Below, piece by piece: positions 37,248-46,128 of a stretch of 46,128 nt of DNA. Made by a program: the position numbers and the translations under genes. The stretch lies in the NCBI GenBank assembly GCA_031278175.1, contig JAITLB010000229.1:1-46128 (forward strand), read 5' to 3'. A model generated the notes under the pieces. The model was not told the DNA's origin, made no database searches, and was given only the letters and a program-made list of their open reading frames with translations. The DNA is from Christensenellaceae bacterium (lineage in GTDB: Bacteria > Bacillota > Clostridia > Christensenellales > DTU072). Each line of letters opens with the position of its first letter. Within the stretch, counting starts at the first letter, position 1.

Positions 37248-40202
37248 CTATTTAAAGAAATTAATTCCACGCATAAAAATATTAGTGTCTTGAGATTGTT
37301 CACAAGATTTAATATTGCGCTCGTATTGACCGATTCTTCCTAAAATATGTCCATCGGGCGAAGAAATTCCTTCAACACCATAAGAACTACCACAGGGGTT
37401 GTATGGATCTTGAGAAGTAGGTACTAACTCCTCATCAACAAAATAGGTAGTTATTTGACCGCTGTTTTCGAGTTGCTCTTTCATTTCGCTACTTAAAAAT
37501 ATGTTTCCAGGATTTAATGCAGTCGGTATTATGATTTCTTGACCTATTCTGCTACCATACATCCAAGGACTCAACTCCGAAACTACTATACCACTTACTA
37601 CCGAACCTCCAAATCTTTTTGGATCGATGAAATCCGCCGAAGTGTTATCTCTTGTTCTAAATTCACCAAACGGAATTAGTCCTAACTCGAAGAGCGTTCT
37701 CATACCCTCACCAAAGCCCAAAATAAGCCCACCACGATCCAACATGCCTTTCACAGCATTAATTACAATGGGATTCGAAAAAAACTTATAGTAACGCGAA
37801 TATGAGTTGATAATTTTTTGACAGGCATTATTTGCACTTAGTGCTAGTATTTGCGAGTTTGCGATACTTTTAGCGTAGAGTTTTAATAATTCATAATCTG
37901 ACGATGTATTTAGAATAGAAGCTACAGAAACTTTGCCACCTGCTAGAGCAAATGAGCGTGCGAGCTGTACACTTGAAATTGAATCAACACGTGGAATGAA
38001 TACTGCGGGCTTTGCGGTCATCGGTGTTTTAGGTATACGTGTTAGTGGAGTAAAAGTTTTGTAGTCTTTAAATCGAGACTTGGTGTCAGGACGGAATGGC
38101 GGGATGATTTCTGATAGTGAACCGATCAACGCTGAACTTTCCGCGCCTTTAATGATTTCGGTATCATCCACAACACCGATATATTCGTACTCAAGGGTTG
38201 CGAAGTCTGACATATCTTCAGTGGCAACAATAAAGTCACCCCAACAACCACTTAATGCATTGTCAGCAAATTCAACAAACGTAACACCAGTTTTGACATC
38301 TTCTAAGGCATTGACTATGTCTACTAAGGGATTATCATTTGTTGTTATTAGAGATTCAACTCTGCCACGTTCCGCACTGATAGTTACGAGATTATATAGC
38401 TTTCGCAAGCGTTTAAAATCGGGGATAGAATATTCATCTTTAATTATCGGCAGTCGATATAGACGCTGTTTTTTTCTAAAGCATCTAGACGGGAATACTT
38501 GCGAAATTCCTATGCCTGTAGCGACAACTGACACCGACACATGTTGACTTTTTGAGAGAGGTTCAAAATTGGCAGATAACATTTTAACGTTTAAGTGTGT
38601 AATTGCATAGAAGCATCCTAGTGCTACAGCGGAAAGATCGTTAAGAGTGTTTTGAGTCATTCCAGGTGGATGAATACAATTGATAGCAACTCCGATTCTA
38701 GACAGTGGCACACCTTGAGAGATAAGTTTTGATACAGCGTAAACTACAGAATTTACTGTCCCTGCAAACGGTGATCCTAAAAAGTGTGATGAAATATTTG
38801 AAAAGCTTGTTATTAATGTACGCGAGTTTTCAAATCGAGATATGTCGTATGCGGTTATATTTGATTGGAGTAGTTTTCGTATTCCTATAAATTGTGGTAG
38901 CGATGATCCGCCGCTAATAGTGCGATCAAACGGGGGATTGCAATGGGCCGGGCACGTTCTAAACGAATCAAAAACTAGCTTTTTAATTTCATCTAAAGCA
39001 ACGGGTGGCATTATGAGTGGTTTGTCGATGATGTTGACAGAAGTGAAACCGATGTTCTTGTGGATTAACAATTTTGTCGGCAAACAAACATATCTTTTAT
39101 TATGTACTGATAATGTTAGTGTATCATCGCGCGTAATGCGTCCTAACATAATAGCCTTGAGACTTTTAGGAAGAGATCTTACAAAGGCACCAGCGCGCCC
39201 TTTTTTAATTATCAATATTATGTCATCGGTATAATTGCATTCAATAAATTGCTCTAATTGATTCAAATTGCCGAAAGTTGCATTTACTCCTGCATTGAGA
39301 GACAGCAGTTGTTGAACAAGAGACGCGCCAACAGCGGAACTACGTATAGCAAAGGCCGCGTTTCGATTTTCAAACAGTTCTTTAAGTCCGCGACTGCGTT
39401 CTAAAAGCGTTTGATCCGATGTTATTAATACTATATAATCTCCTGGGGAAGGTTGAAAATCTTCAGCATTAGAATTTGAAGCTACACCTATAGCAAATAT
39501 CGTCTCGCAATTTGTTTCGGCTTCTAAACTCGAATTATCGTCTATTAGTGCTGTTGCGATGCCTGATTCATATGCATAGTTAGCCGTTTCTAGCGTGGAT
39601 TCACTAGGTGTGAGGTTCTTATCGATGTTGCAGGATCGTGTCATACAAATTGGTTGACCGAAATCGCCGAGCATTTTCATATTAGTTATGTATAGCGCTC
39701 TTGGTGCGTGAGTAGTTAGACTTGACTTTGAAGTGGCGATCACTCCGTACGCGTCCGATGCTCTGCGTTTCTCGGATGTAAGAGGGACGCTTGAAAATTC
39801 ACGTTTGTTATTTAATTCACAATTTGCTGCTAGCGCCGCACCAGAAAAAATTATAGAATTGAGCGAGGTAAATTGCGTCTTCAAATTTCCTTCAGCGATG
39901 CGATATTTGCGAAGTGCTTCAAAATGATGTGGGTTTTCTGCGCATATTTCTATTTGGTCAATTGATTTATCAGCACAATTAGAAATTTGCCAATATTTAC
40001 TTAAAAGTTGAAACTCAATAACATTGAAGGCACGTTTGCGAGCATGCGCAAAGCGTGCGACTTCTCTAAGATCATCTGCCGATAAATTTAAGTCTTGTAT
40101 GTTTGCAATGTCAGATAATTCCGAGTAGTCTACAGCATGAAGTTTGTTAAGCTTATAGAGAGCACGATTTTTGTTGTGGCGATGTCGCATTTGCTGATGC
40201 AC
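37248..40202 (-). CDS. Catalytically degenerate homolog of clostridial-type FGAM synthase (PurL with fused glutaminase domain)
   Basis: Collinear PurL landmarks: PGDYIVLI, FDRTI, SPFAG, AKPAVFIP, GGLILG..LGLIPFGE, SPWM, YNPCGS..EGISSPDG. Catalytic motifs replaced. AGGAG RBS before GTG. Confidence 0.8.
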   Translation of the reverse strand: MHQQMRHRHNKNRALYKLNKLHAVDYSELSDIANIQDLNLSADDLREVARFAHARKRAFNVIEFQLLSKYWQISNCADKSIDQIEICAENPHHFEALRKYRIAEGNLKTQFTSLNSIIFSGAALAANCELNNKREFSSVPLTSEKRRASDAYGVIATSKSSLTTHAPRALYITNMKMLGDFGQPICMTRSCNIDKNLTPSESTLETANYAYESGIATALIDDNSSLEAETNCETIFAIGVASNSNAEDFQPSPGDYIVLITSDQTLLERSRGLKELFENRNAAFAIRSSAVGASLVQQLLSLNAGVNATFGNLNQLEQFIECNYTDDIILIIKKGRAGAFVRSLPKSLKAIMLGRITRDDTLTLSVHNKRYVCLPTKLLIHKNIGFTSVNIIDKPLIMPPVALDEIKKLVFDSFRTCPAHCNPPFDRTISGGSSLPQFIGIRKLLQSNITAYDISRFENSRTLITSFSNISSHFLGSPFAGTVNSVVYAVSKLISQGVPLSRIGVAINCIHPPGMTQNTLNDLSAVALGCFYAITHLNVKMLSANFEPLSKSQHVSVSVVATGIGISQVFPSRCFRKKQRLYRLPIIKDEYSIPDFKRLRKLYNLVTISAERGRVESLITTNDNPLVDIVNALEDVKTGVTFVEFADNALSGCWGDFIVATEDMSDFATLEYEYIGVVDDTEIIKGAESSALIGSLSEIIPPFRPDTKSRFKDYKTFTPLTRIPKTPMTAKPAVFIPRVDSISSVQLARSFALAGGKVSVASILNTSSDYELLKLYAKSIANSQILALSANNACQKIINSYSRYYKFFSNPIVINAVKGMLDRGGLILGFGEGMRTLFELGLIPFGEFRTRDNTSADFIDPKRFGGSVVSGIVVSELSPWMYGSRIGQEIIIPTALNPGNIFLSSEMKEQLENSGQITTYFVDEELVPTSQDPYNPCGSSYGVEGISSPDGHILGRIGQYERNIKSCEQSQDTNIFMRGINFFK

Positions 40203-40214
40203 AAGATCTCCTAT

Positions 40215-43200
40215 TTAGGGTGTGGCTTCGTTGAATACCTTAATATTTTCTGTGCTAAACATAGATGTAATTGTTGGATTGCTTTGATAAGAACTAACGA
40301 TACTTGAACTGTAAACCTCCAAAGTCCTTTCGCTGTTGATAGAAGCACCAAAGGCATTTGCTTGAATCTCTACAGTACCGTTAATAAGTATCATAACACG
40401 TTGAATAGCTGTGTTAGCAAATGCATTAGTTGCTATATATGACAGATTCGACTGTACATTAAAGCGGATTGCTCTAATTGTTGGAATAGAGTCACCGGGA
40501 GATGGTGAAAAAGCATTGGACGCGATTGCTGTAATAGAGTTATCCACAACAAAAGTTTCGGATGTGCCAGTGTATTTGAGTAATATAGTACCTAAAATTA
40601 CTGTTGTTCCTTGAGATGCTTGCCATGGTGTATGCGCAAAAGAATCTCGTCCGACTTGTTTTAGAGAAGATTGATCTGATATAGTTACTGATGAGAGTTT
40701 ATCACAACGAGCAAATGCTTCATCACCTATTTCACTAATAGCATCAGTTAGCTGAACTATCGCAAGCAACTCAGCCGAAAAGAATGCCCTAGAAGCGATT
40801 TTAATTTTTTGAGATGGAGAAGTAGGGAAAATAATTTTTTCTACACATCTAGAATATGCAAAGGCATATGAAGAGACTTGCACAATAGCATTACTGCTCA
40901 CAGTAGTAGGAATAGTATACTCTTTATTCGATGGATCCTTGTTTGCAGGATAGGCAAACAAAGAGGCAGAACCTGTTTGTAGAACCTCAAAGAGTATTCC
41001 GTCATCTACAAAGTACTTGTAATCCTGATCGTTAAAATTCATTATTATAAAAGATTTAAGTTCAGCAAGATTTGAGAACGCTCCACTTTCAATTTCTTTA
41101 ATACTGCTACCGAACATGATGTTTTCGATTTGATAAGGAAAGTACATATCAGCAAACGCTGAGGCCGCTATTTTTATAACATTTTTATTGTTATATGTTT
41201 GAGGTATAACAACAGTTTCAAAAATAGTGATGCCGCTAGGCGCAAAACCTGTTAAAGCGAGATCATTACCATAGGCTTCAAATACTAACCCAGGTGTACC
41301 CTTTAATAGATCCATCCATTCTGGATAGAAGTTTGTATCAGTTTCAATCTTATAACCGTCTTCAAAATCTATAACCAGCGTAGCAAAGTTTTTACTATCA
41401 TGCCATCCAATAAAACTAAAATCTGCTTGCGCAGTTGGTTCATAAGATGGCTTAGTAGTTGTGGCGGGTGGTGAAAGCTGACCTTGTGTAGTAATAGAAC
41501 TACCATATTTAATATTAGTAAGATTTTTCGCTACTTCATACTCCATTGCGCCCGATGAAGAGTTAATCGTTTTTAAACTATAAAAGATTACAGTGTACTC
41601 GATTATTTCAACAACTGCGGTAAAATGATTATTACTTTCTTTTTCATAGAAATCTTCAATTGGCATTTGTGCGATATTATCTGGTGTTAATGCGTTAGTA
41701 TTTGCTCCTAAAAGCCAACCTATAATCTTATATTGTGGATTGTTTCCAAACGATGGCACATTAGAGACTGTTTGACCATGTGCAACCTCTCTTTTGACTG
41801 GTTGTGTGTAATCGGATATCCCAAGAGAAGAATAGTCAATTGCAATATTATCTTTCGTTTTTTCAGGATAATAGAACTCTACCGTGTAAGGATTTTTTTC
41901 ATGTGTCGCTTCAAAAGTGATGTCTGATGTGACAAGTACGGTGCTACCATCATATATAATACCACCGCGTTTCCATGTAGTAGTGTAAGACTTAGGGGGA
42001 TAAGCATTATTAATATTGGGGAAATCACTAGATGTTAACACTGTATTATACGGCTGGTTTGTGAGAAATTCAGAGGTTTTGTTTGATGAATCTGTTCCAT
42101 ACACAAAAGTTATCGTAAATTTGCGAACAGTATAGCGTGCATAAAAGTCATAATCGTTGGTTATCCCTGAAGCTAAAACTGCTTTTGCCTCCGCTACAGT
42201 TGAAAACGAACCTGCAGTTCGATATGTCCAATCTCCATCGTACCCGTCTCTTCCGTCAGCTAAATCGAATCCTGAAACAATAGGAGTGTTAGGAACGTGT
42301 TCATTGTAATTTACTGTAAGAGTACTTAATGTCCTCACTTCGTATTGAGTATAGTCTAATTGCTCAAAATTAAAGTTTGGTGGTAAAGATGACATTGGCA
42401 TGAAAAAACGCAAAGTGTGCGTAAGTGTCGTATAGACCGCATCAATGTTCATGTTGGATTTAATATTAGTTAAAACTGGTATTAGTGAAGTAGCCCTATC
42501 GCGCCAAACGTAAGTTTTGCCGACAATGGAGGCATCTGGCATTTGTGCTTGAGTTAAGTTCGTTCCATAGTCTACATCAATAGTAGTAACACCTGTTAAA
42601 TTTGCATCAGTTTTGAAAGCATCGGCAAAGAAGTTTACTTGAAATTTAATTTGTACGAATGAGGCAAAAAATGTCATATTTGCATTAGCGACAACAGACA
42701 TTCCTGCTGTGTAATTTGGATCTGAATCAGTACTTAATCTCCAGCCCGAGAAACGTTTACCTTCTTGATCTTGAGGTGTAATGCAAAAAAAGGATTCGCC
42801 GTCCGGCACAAGAGTTGTTTGATCGAAGTTAGCATCGTAATCCACAAACCGTATTTCTCGTTTTGTGGAGTTTACCCATTTAGCATAAAGCGTGTGTGAT
42901 TGTGTGACGACATATGGAGTTTCTATTTTAGCACCAGCGAGGTCTTGGGTTTTGTACCAACCTGCAAAATCGTATCCTTCCCTGATCGGAGACGGAATAT
43001 AATTGGTAGCAGTGCCTAAGGCGGCATTGACTTGCATGTATGTAACTAGTTCGCCCAGCTCAGTTTGAAAAGCACCAGGAGAGGCATCAAGCATAAGCGC
43101 ACCATCAAATTCTGACTGTAGTGCAAGTATATTAATGGTGACGACTAGTGTAAGCGTATCAACGTGTATAGTGACACCGTGTGCGCCGACACTTTTTAAT

Positions 43201-43451
43201 TTTGCCCTGTCATCGGATGACAACATATCTTCGGTTAGAGTATAGCGCTCTAACACTTCACCAGTTCCGTTAACTTTAGAAAAGCGTATTGTGCCTAAGT
43301 TAACACTGTTAACAGTAAACTCTATGGTTCCTTGATTTTCTAGAACCAGTTTTTCTTCTACAGCGTTGTCTGTAGTGCAAGCAACCAATATAAATATGAA
43401 TATTGCGATACTGATCAAGACCAGCATAAAAATAAGTTTTTTTGACATCAC
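40215..43451 (-). CDS. Large surface lipoprotein with InlB-B/Flg_new-type repeats and BspA-type (LRR_5) leucine-rich repeats
   Basis: Signal peptide with lipobox LVAC; PIREGYDFAGWY..TLYAKW-type repeats; IKEIESGAF, ISEIGDEAFARCDKLSSVTI, ITAIASNAF. Confidence 0.85.
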   Translation of the reverse strand: MMSKKLIFMLVLISIAIFIFILVACTTDNAVEEKLVLENQGTIEFTVNSVNLGTIRFSKVNGTGEVLERYTLTEDMLSSDDRAKLKSVGAHGVTIHVDTLTLVVTINILALQSEFDGALMLDASPGAFQTELGELVTYMQVNAALGTATNYIPSPIREGYDFAGWYKTQDLAGAKIETPYVVTQSHTLYAKWVNSTKREIRFVDYDANFDQTTLVPDGESFFCITPQDQEGKRFSGWRLSTDSDPNYTAGMSVVANANMTFFASFVQIKFQVNFFADAFKTDANLTGVTTIDVDYGTNLTQAQMPDASIVGKTYVWRDRATSLIPVLTNIKSNMNIDAVYTTLTHTLRFFMPMSSLPPNFNFEQLDYTQYEVRTLSTLTVNYNEHVPNTPIVSGFDLADGRDGYDGDWTYRTAGSFSTVAEAKAVLASGITNDYDFYARYTVRKFTITFVYGTDSSNKTSEFLTNQPYNTVLTSSDFPNINNAYPPKSYTTTWKRGGIIYDGSTVLVTSDITFEATHEKNPYTVEFYYPEKTKDNIAIDYSSLGISDYTQPVKREVAHGQTVSNVPSFGNNPQYKIIGWLLGANTNALTPDNIAQMPIEDFYEKESNNHFTAVVEIIEYTVIFYSLKTINSSSGAMEYEVAKNLTNIKYGSSITTQGQLSPPATTTKPSYEPTAQADFSFIGWHDSKNFATLVIDFEDGYKIETDTNFYPEWMDLLKGTPGLVFEAYGNDLALTGFAPSGITIFETVVIPQTYNNKNVIKIAASAFADMYFPYQIENIMFGSSIKEIESGAFSNLAELKSFIIMNFNDQDYKYFVDDGILFEVLQTGSASLFAYPANKDPSNKEYTIPTTVSSNAIVQVSSYAFAYSRCVEKIIFPTSPSQKIKIASRAFFSAELLAIVQLTDAISEIGDEAFARCDKLSSVTISDQSSLKQVGRDSFAHTPWQASQGTTVILGTILLKYTGTSETFVVDNSITAIASNAFSPSPGDSIPTIRAIRFNVQSNLSYIATNAFANTAIQRVMILINGTVEIQANAFGASINSERTLEVYSSSIVSSYQSNPTITSMFSTENIKVFNEATP

Positions 43452-43578
43452 ACACCTGCGCCTATCGAGTCACTAGAGAAAGTTAGCAATGCATATCTGC
43501 ACGCGAACAATAAAATTGACGCTACTCTGCAAATGGATTTAGTAATAAAGAGATTACAAATCAAAATGCACCGCTTAA

Positions 43579-43607
43579 ACTATATCATAATTTGCGCTAA
43601 TTGTCAA
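43579..43607 (-). promoter_or_regulatory. Sigma-70 promoter of the lipoprotein/PurL-like operon
   Basis: TTGACA-17bp-TATAGT with TGn extension. Confidence 0.6.
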
Positions 43608-43909
43608 TCTTAAGCATTTGTGTAGGGGTATATAGCATAAAAACTATATTTAAATTGTGGTAATTAAAGGAGCATTCAGCAAAAAGTGGCAGCCAGGTTG
43701 CTAGTGAAATTGCTTTATAATATGAGGCGGTAGCGTTTGAAAATGCAAACTGGTTTTATTTTCGCGTGCGATTTTCAAAAAGCTCACAAAACATAACGTT
43801 TCTAGCAAGTAAAAGTGATACATCTTGCAATTAGGTAGTTACTTGCGTGAATTTGCAAATCTAGTTTTTGCCGTTTTACAGTGCATAGAAAACAGTTGCG
43901 AGTGAGCAT

Positions 43910-44896
43910 TTAAGTGTTTAGTAAAAGTGGTCTAATTTCACCAGCATGTAGTGGAATTAAATCGCCGTTTGCTAGTTCAACTATTAAAGCCCCTGTTTGG
44001 TCTATGTTTCGAATTTTGGCATAATATTCATTTGCGGATGATATAACTTTTACGACTTCTCCGACAAATTCGAGTCTATTTTTGTAGTCAGTTATCATTT
44101 TGGTGAAATCAGATGCAAAGCTATCATCCATAATTAAATTAATAAGCTCAGCAGTTAAAGTTTTTCGAGCAAGTCCTATTTCCATTTCTGGGAAGATTGA
44201 AGTTGCGATATCTTCTATTTCAGTTGGGAAAGAATCAGTAGCGACATTTATACCTATGCCGAGCACAACCCACTCTGTTTCGCCGGTAACGAAGTCTTGC
44301 AGAGCTTCGGTGCCTATGCCACAGATTTTTTTTCTATCTATCAAGATATCATTAACCCATTTGATAGATGTTTTTTTGTCAGATATTTTAGCTATTGCAT
44401 TACACACCGCGACTGCTGCGCTCATAGTGATCGAAGCTGGTGTGATTGTTCTAAACCGACCACCACGCAATAGAAAACTGATATATATACCTGTCCACTT
44501 GGGCGAGTAAAATAGATGATCGCGACGCCCCCGTCCAAAGGTTTGTGAATCAGCAAATGCGATCAGACCGTGTCCTGCGCCCATGTTAGCTTGTTCTCTT
44601 AAGTATTCATTAGTTGAGCCTATAGATGTAAAGAATTTTGCGTTGTCAATATCATCAGGTCGGCAAAGAAGAGGTTTAATATTTTCTGCATTGATTATAT
44701 TATCGCGATAAACAAGTTCATAACCACGTGGCCTTATAGCAGTTATAGGATAACCTTGATTTTGCAAACTAATAATTGTCTTTGAGACAGCACTACGAGT
44801 GATGCCAAGCATCTTTCCAATTTTTGCACCAGACAACAACCCTTTTCCGTAATTTGCTTCTAATAAATTTAAAATTTCTTGTTTTGTTTTTCCCAT
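43910..44896 (-). CDS. birA: Bifunctional biotin repressor / biotin-protein ligase (class II)
   Basis: N-terminal wHTH (SGAKIGKMLGITRSAVSK); STN, QTFGRGR, IKWVND, KICGI, GIGIN. Confidence 0.93.
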   Translation of the reverse strand: MGKTKQEILNLLEANYGKGLLSGAKIGKMLGITRSAVSKTIISLQNQGYPITAIRPRGYELVYRDNIINAENIKPLLCRPDDIDNAKFFTSIGSTNEYLREQANMGAGHGLIAFADSQTFGRGRRDHLFYSPKWTGIYISFLLRGGRFRTITPASITMSAAVAVCNAIAKISDKKTSIKWVNDILIDRKKICGIGTEALQDFVTGETEWVVLGIGINVATDSFPTEIEDIATSIFPEMEIGLARKTLTAELINLIMDDSFASDFTKMITDYKNRLEFVGEVVKVISSANEYYAKIRNIDQTGALIVELANGDLIPLHAGEIRPLLLNT

Positions 44897-45137
44897 ATGA
44901 CAACCCAAGTAGAGTATTTGTTGCACTAATTATAGCACTTAAAAAGACAATTTGCAAAACCATATCAAACATTGTTTTTGAGTAGTGATAAATTTATGCT
45001 GGGTAGGCCGGCTTGAGATGGTGGACACAAATCCAAATCCCTTTGTATAAAAAATAAGCAAACGTACAAAACTTGCACGAGTATTTTCTAAGTGTGTCTT
45101 TAAAAAACAAATGTTTTTCCTTGCATAAAACTTATAA

Positions 45138-45181
45138 TTTTGTAATGACATATTTACAAAACTACACTATTTTGGTATAAT
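45138..45181 (+). promoter_or_regulatory. Sigma-70 promoter overlapped by a palindromic operator-like site
   Basis: TTTACA(45153-58)-17bp-TATAAT(45176-81); TTTTGTAA-N8-TTACAAAA at 45138-45161. Confidence 0.5.
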
Positions 45182-45208
45182 ATATAGTGTCTTAACAATA
45201 AGTTAGAG

Positions 45209-45669
45209 TACCCCATTCAAATACTTATAAGACCGAGTTCCGATTACATAAACAATGAAAACACGGACTATGATTATGCCGTGCTATAATTAAATTCTAC
45301 AATAGGCAATCGGCAGGTTTGTTTGGGACACACAACCAGAGTAGCTCACTAACTGGAGATTCGATTACATCTACAGGTTATCTGGAGAAATGAACTGAAA
45401 TGATGTCTGCCAAAACGTGGGGTATGAGTGGAACTGTTTCATCTACATTCACTTATACTTTTCGCTATGCAGTCGATACTAGTATCGGACAGAGCGGATC
45501 ACCAGTTTATAAATATTCATCAACCCATGGATATCAGGTCGTTGGAATACACACTTATGGGGCTAAATTTTTAGGTTCTATAGTATTTCAAAACAATTTT
45601 GCTACTAGAATAACGAGCAATTTGTTTGATTTTTTCGCCTCATTTAGAAACCAGGAGGTATCAGTATGA
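45209..45669 (+). pseudogene. Remnant of a trypsin-like (glutamyl endopeptidase/V8-like) serine protease
   Basis: DYDYAVL* (45266-45289), then a frameshift to AGLFG..TGY, then DTSIGQSGSPVY..VVGIHTYG..ATRI. The N-terminal catalytic His region is absent. Confidence 0.75.
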
Positions 45670-46031
45670 AAGTTTTAGGATTGTTGTTATTAGTGATTCT
45701 ATTGCCGATTGTCTTATTGAATTCAATTATAATAGGCAAAGAATTCTATAATGTTCCTGTACTATGTGTAGATGAAAATGGTAATAAACTTCCCGAAGGC
45801 ACAGAGTTGCAGTTGGATTATCTCGGTAAAGATACGAGAGAGTTAGCTGTAATTTATACTGTTAAACCTAATGGGACGATAGTAATTACAACACTATACC
45901 CGCCCAAAGAAATTGCCACCTCATGTATTATTGACAATGTAAGGTATAGAGCCAACTATACGATTACTCGCAAAACATTAGTATCTGGAAAAAAAATTGT
46001 ATTAACATTTCAGAAACAAAAAAGCGTATAG
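45666..46031 (+). CDS. Hypothetical exported or membrane-anchored protein
   Basis: AGGAGG RBS, ATGA overlap with the protease remnant, N-terminal hydrophobic segment. Confidence 0.65.
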   Translation: MKVLGLLLLVILLPIVLLNSIIIGKEFYNVPVLCVDENGNKLPEGTELQLDYLGKDTRELAVIYTVKPNGTIVITTLYPPKEIATSCIIDNVRYRANYTITRKTLVSGKKIVLTFQKQKSV

Positions 46032-46128
46032 TTTCTGATTATAAGAAAACAGTTAAATTCGAATTTGCATCTTTTAACAGTCGTTGTAAGGGTGTGAGTA
46101 ATGCGTGACACTGATGTTTATGTTACAC

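Noticed and set aside
37248-40202. Annotating this ORF as functional purL
   Set aside because: The glutaminase Cys and His and the synthetase His motifs are all absent.

Overview
AT-rich bacterial window from a Clostridia-like Firmicute (inferred from the gene set: clostridial-type PurL homolog, YabM/YabN, ECF module, Fhs), read with the standard genetic code. The first ~5.3 kb is a decaying defence islet: a 76-bp tandem repeat, a disrupted AlbA_2/ATPase/wHTH gene, an intact two-domain N6-adenine methyltransferase and a destroyed AlwI-family endonuclease. The rest is mostly minus-strand housekeeping genes: dusB, mazG-like, MOP flippase, plsC-like, M29 aminopeptidase, luxS, hflX, two Fe-ADHs, mnmA, fhs, acyl-CoA synthetase, truA, ecfA1A2T, birA, tRNA-Arg(CCG) and tRNA-Gly(CCC), separated by long spacers. 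Three things stand out. (1) An intact 984-aa PurL homolog in which every recognisable catalytic motif has been replaced, directly downstream of a large B-repeat/LRR surface lipoprotein gene. (2) An in-frame BioY-BioB transporter-enzyme fusion under a candidate BirA operator. (3) A translationally coupled pair of apparently paralogous 4-TM membrane proteins of unknown function. All family assignments come from motif recognition by eye; no database search was run, so novelty is unverified.
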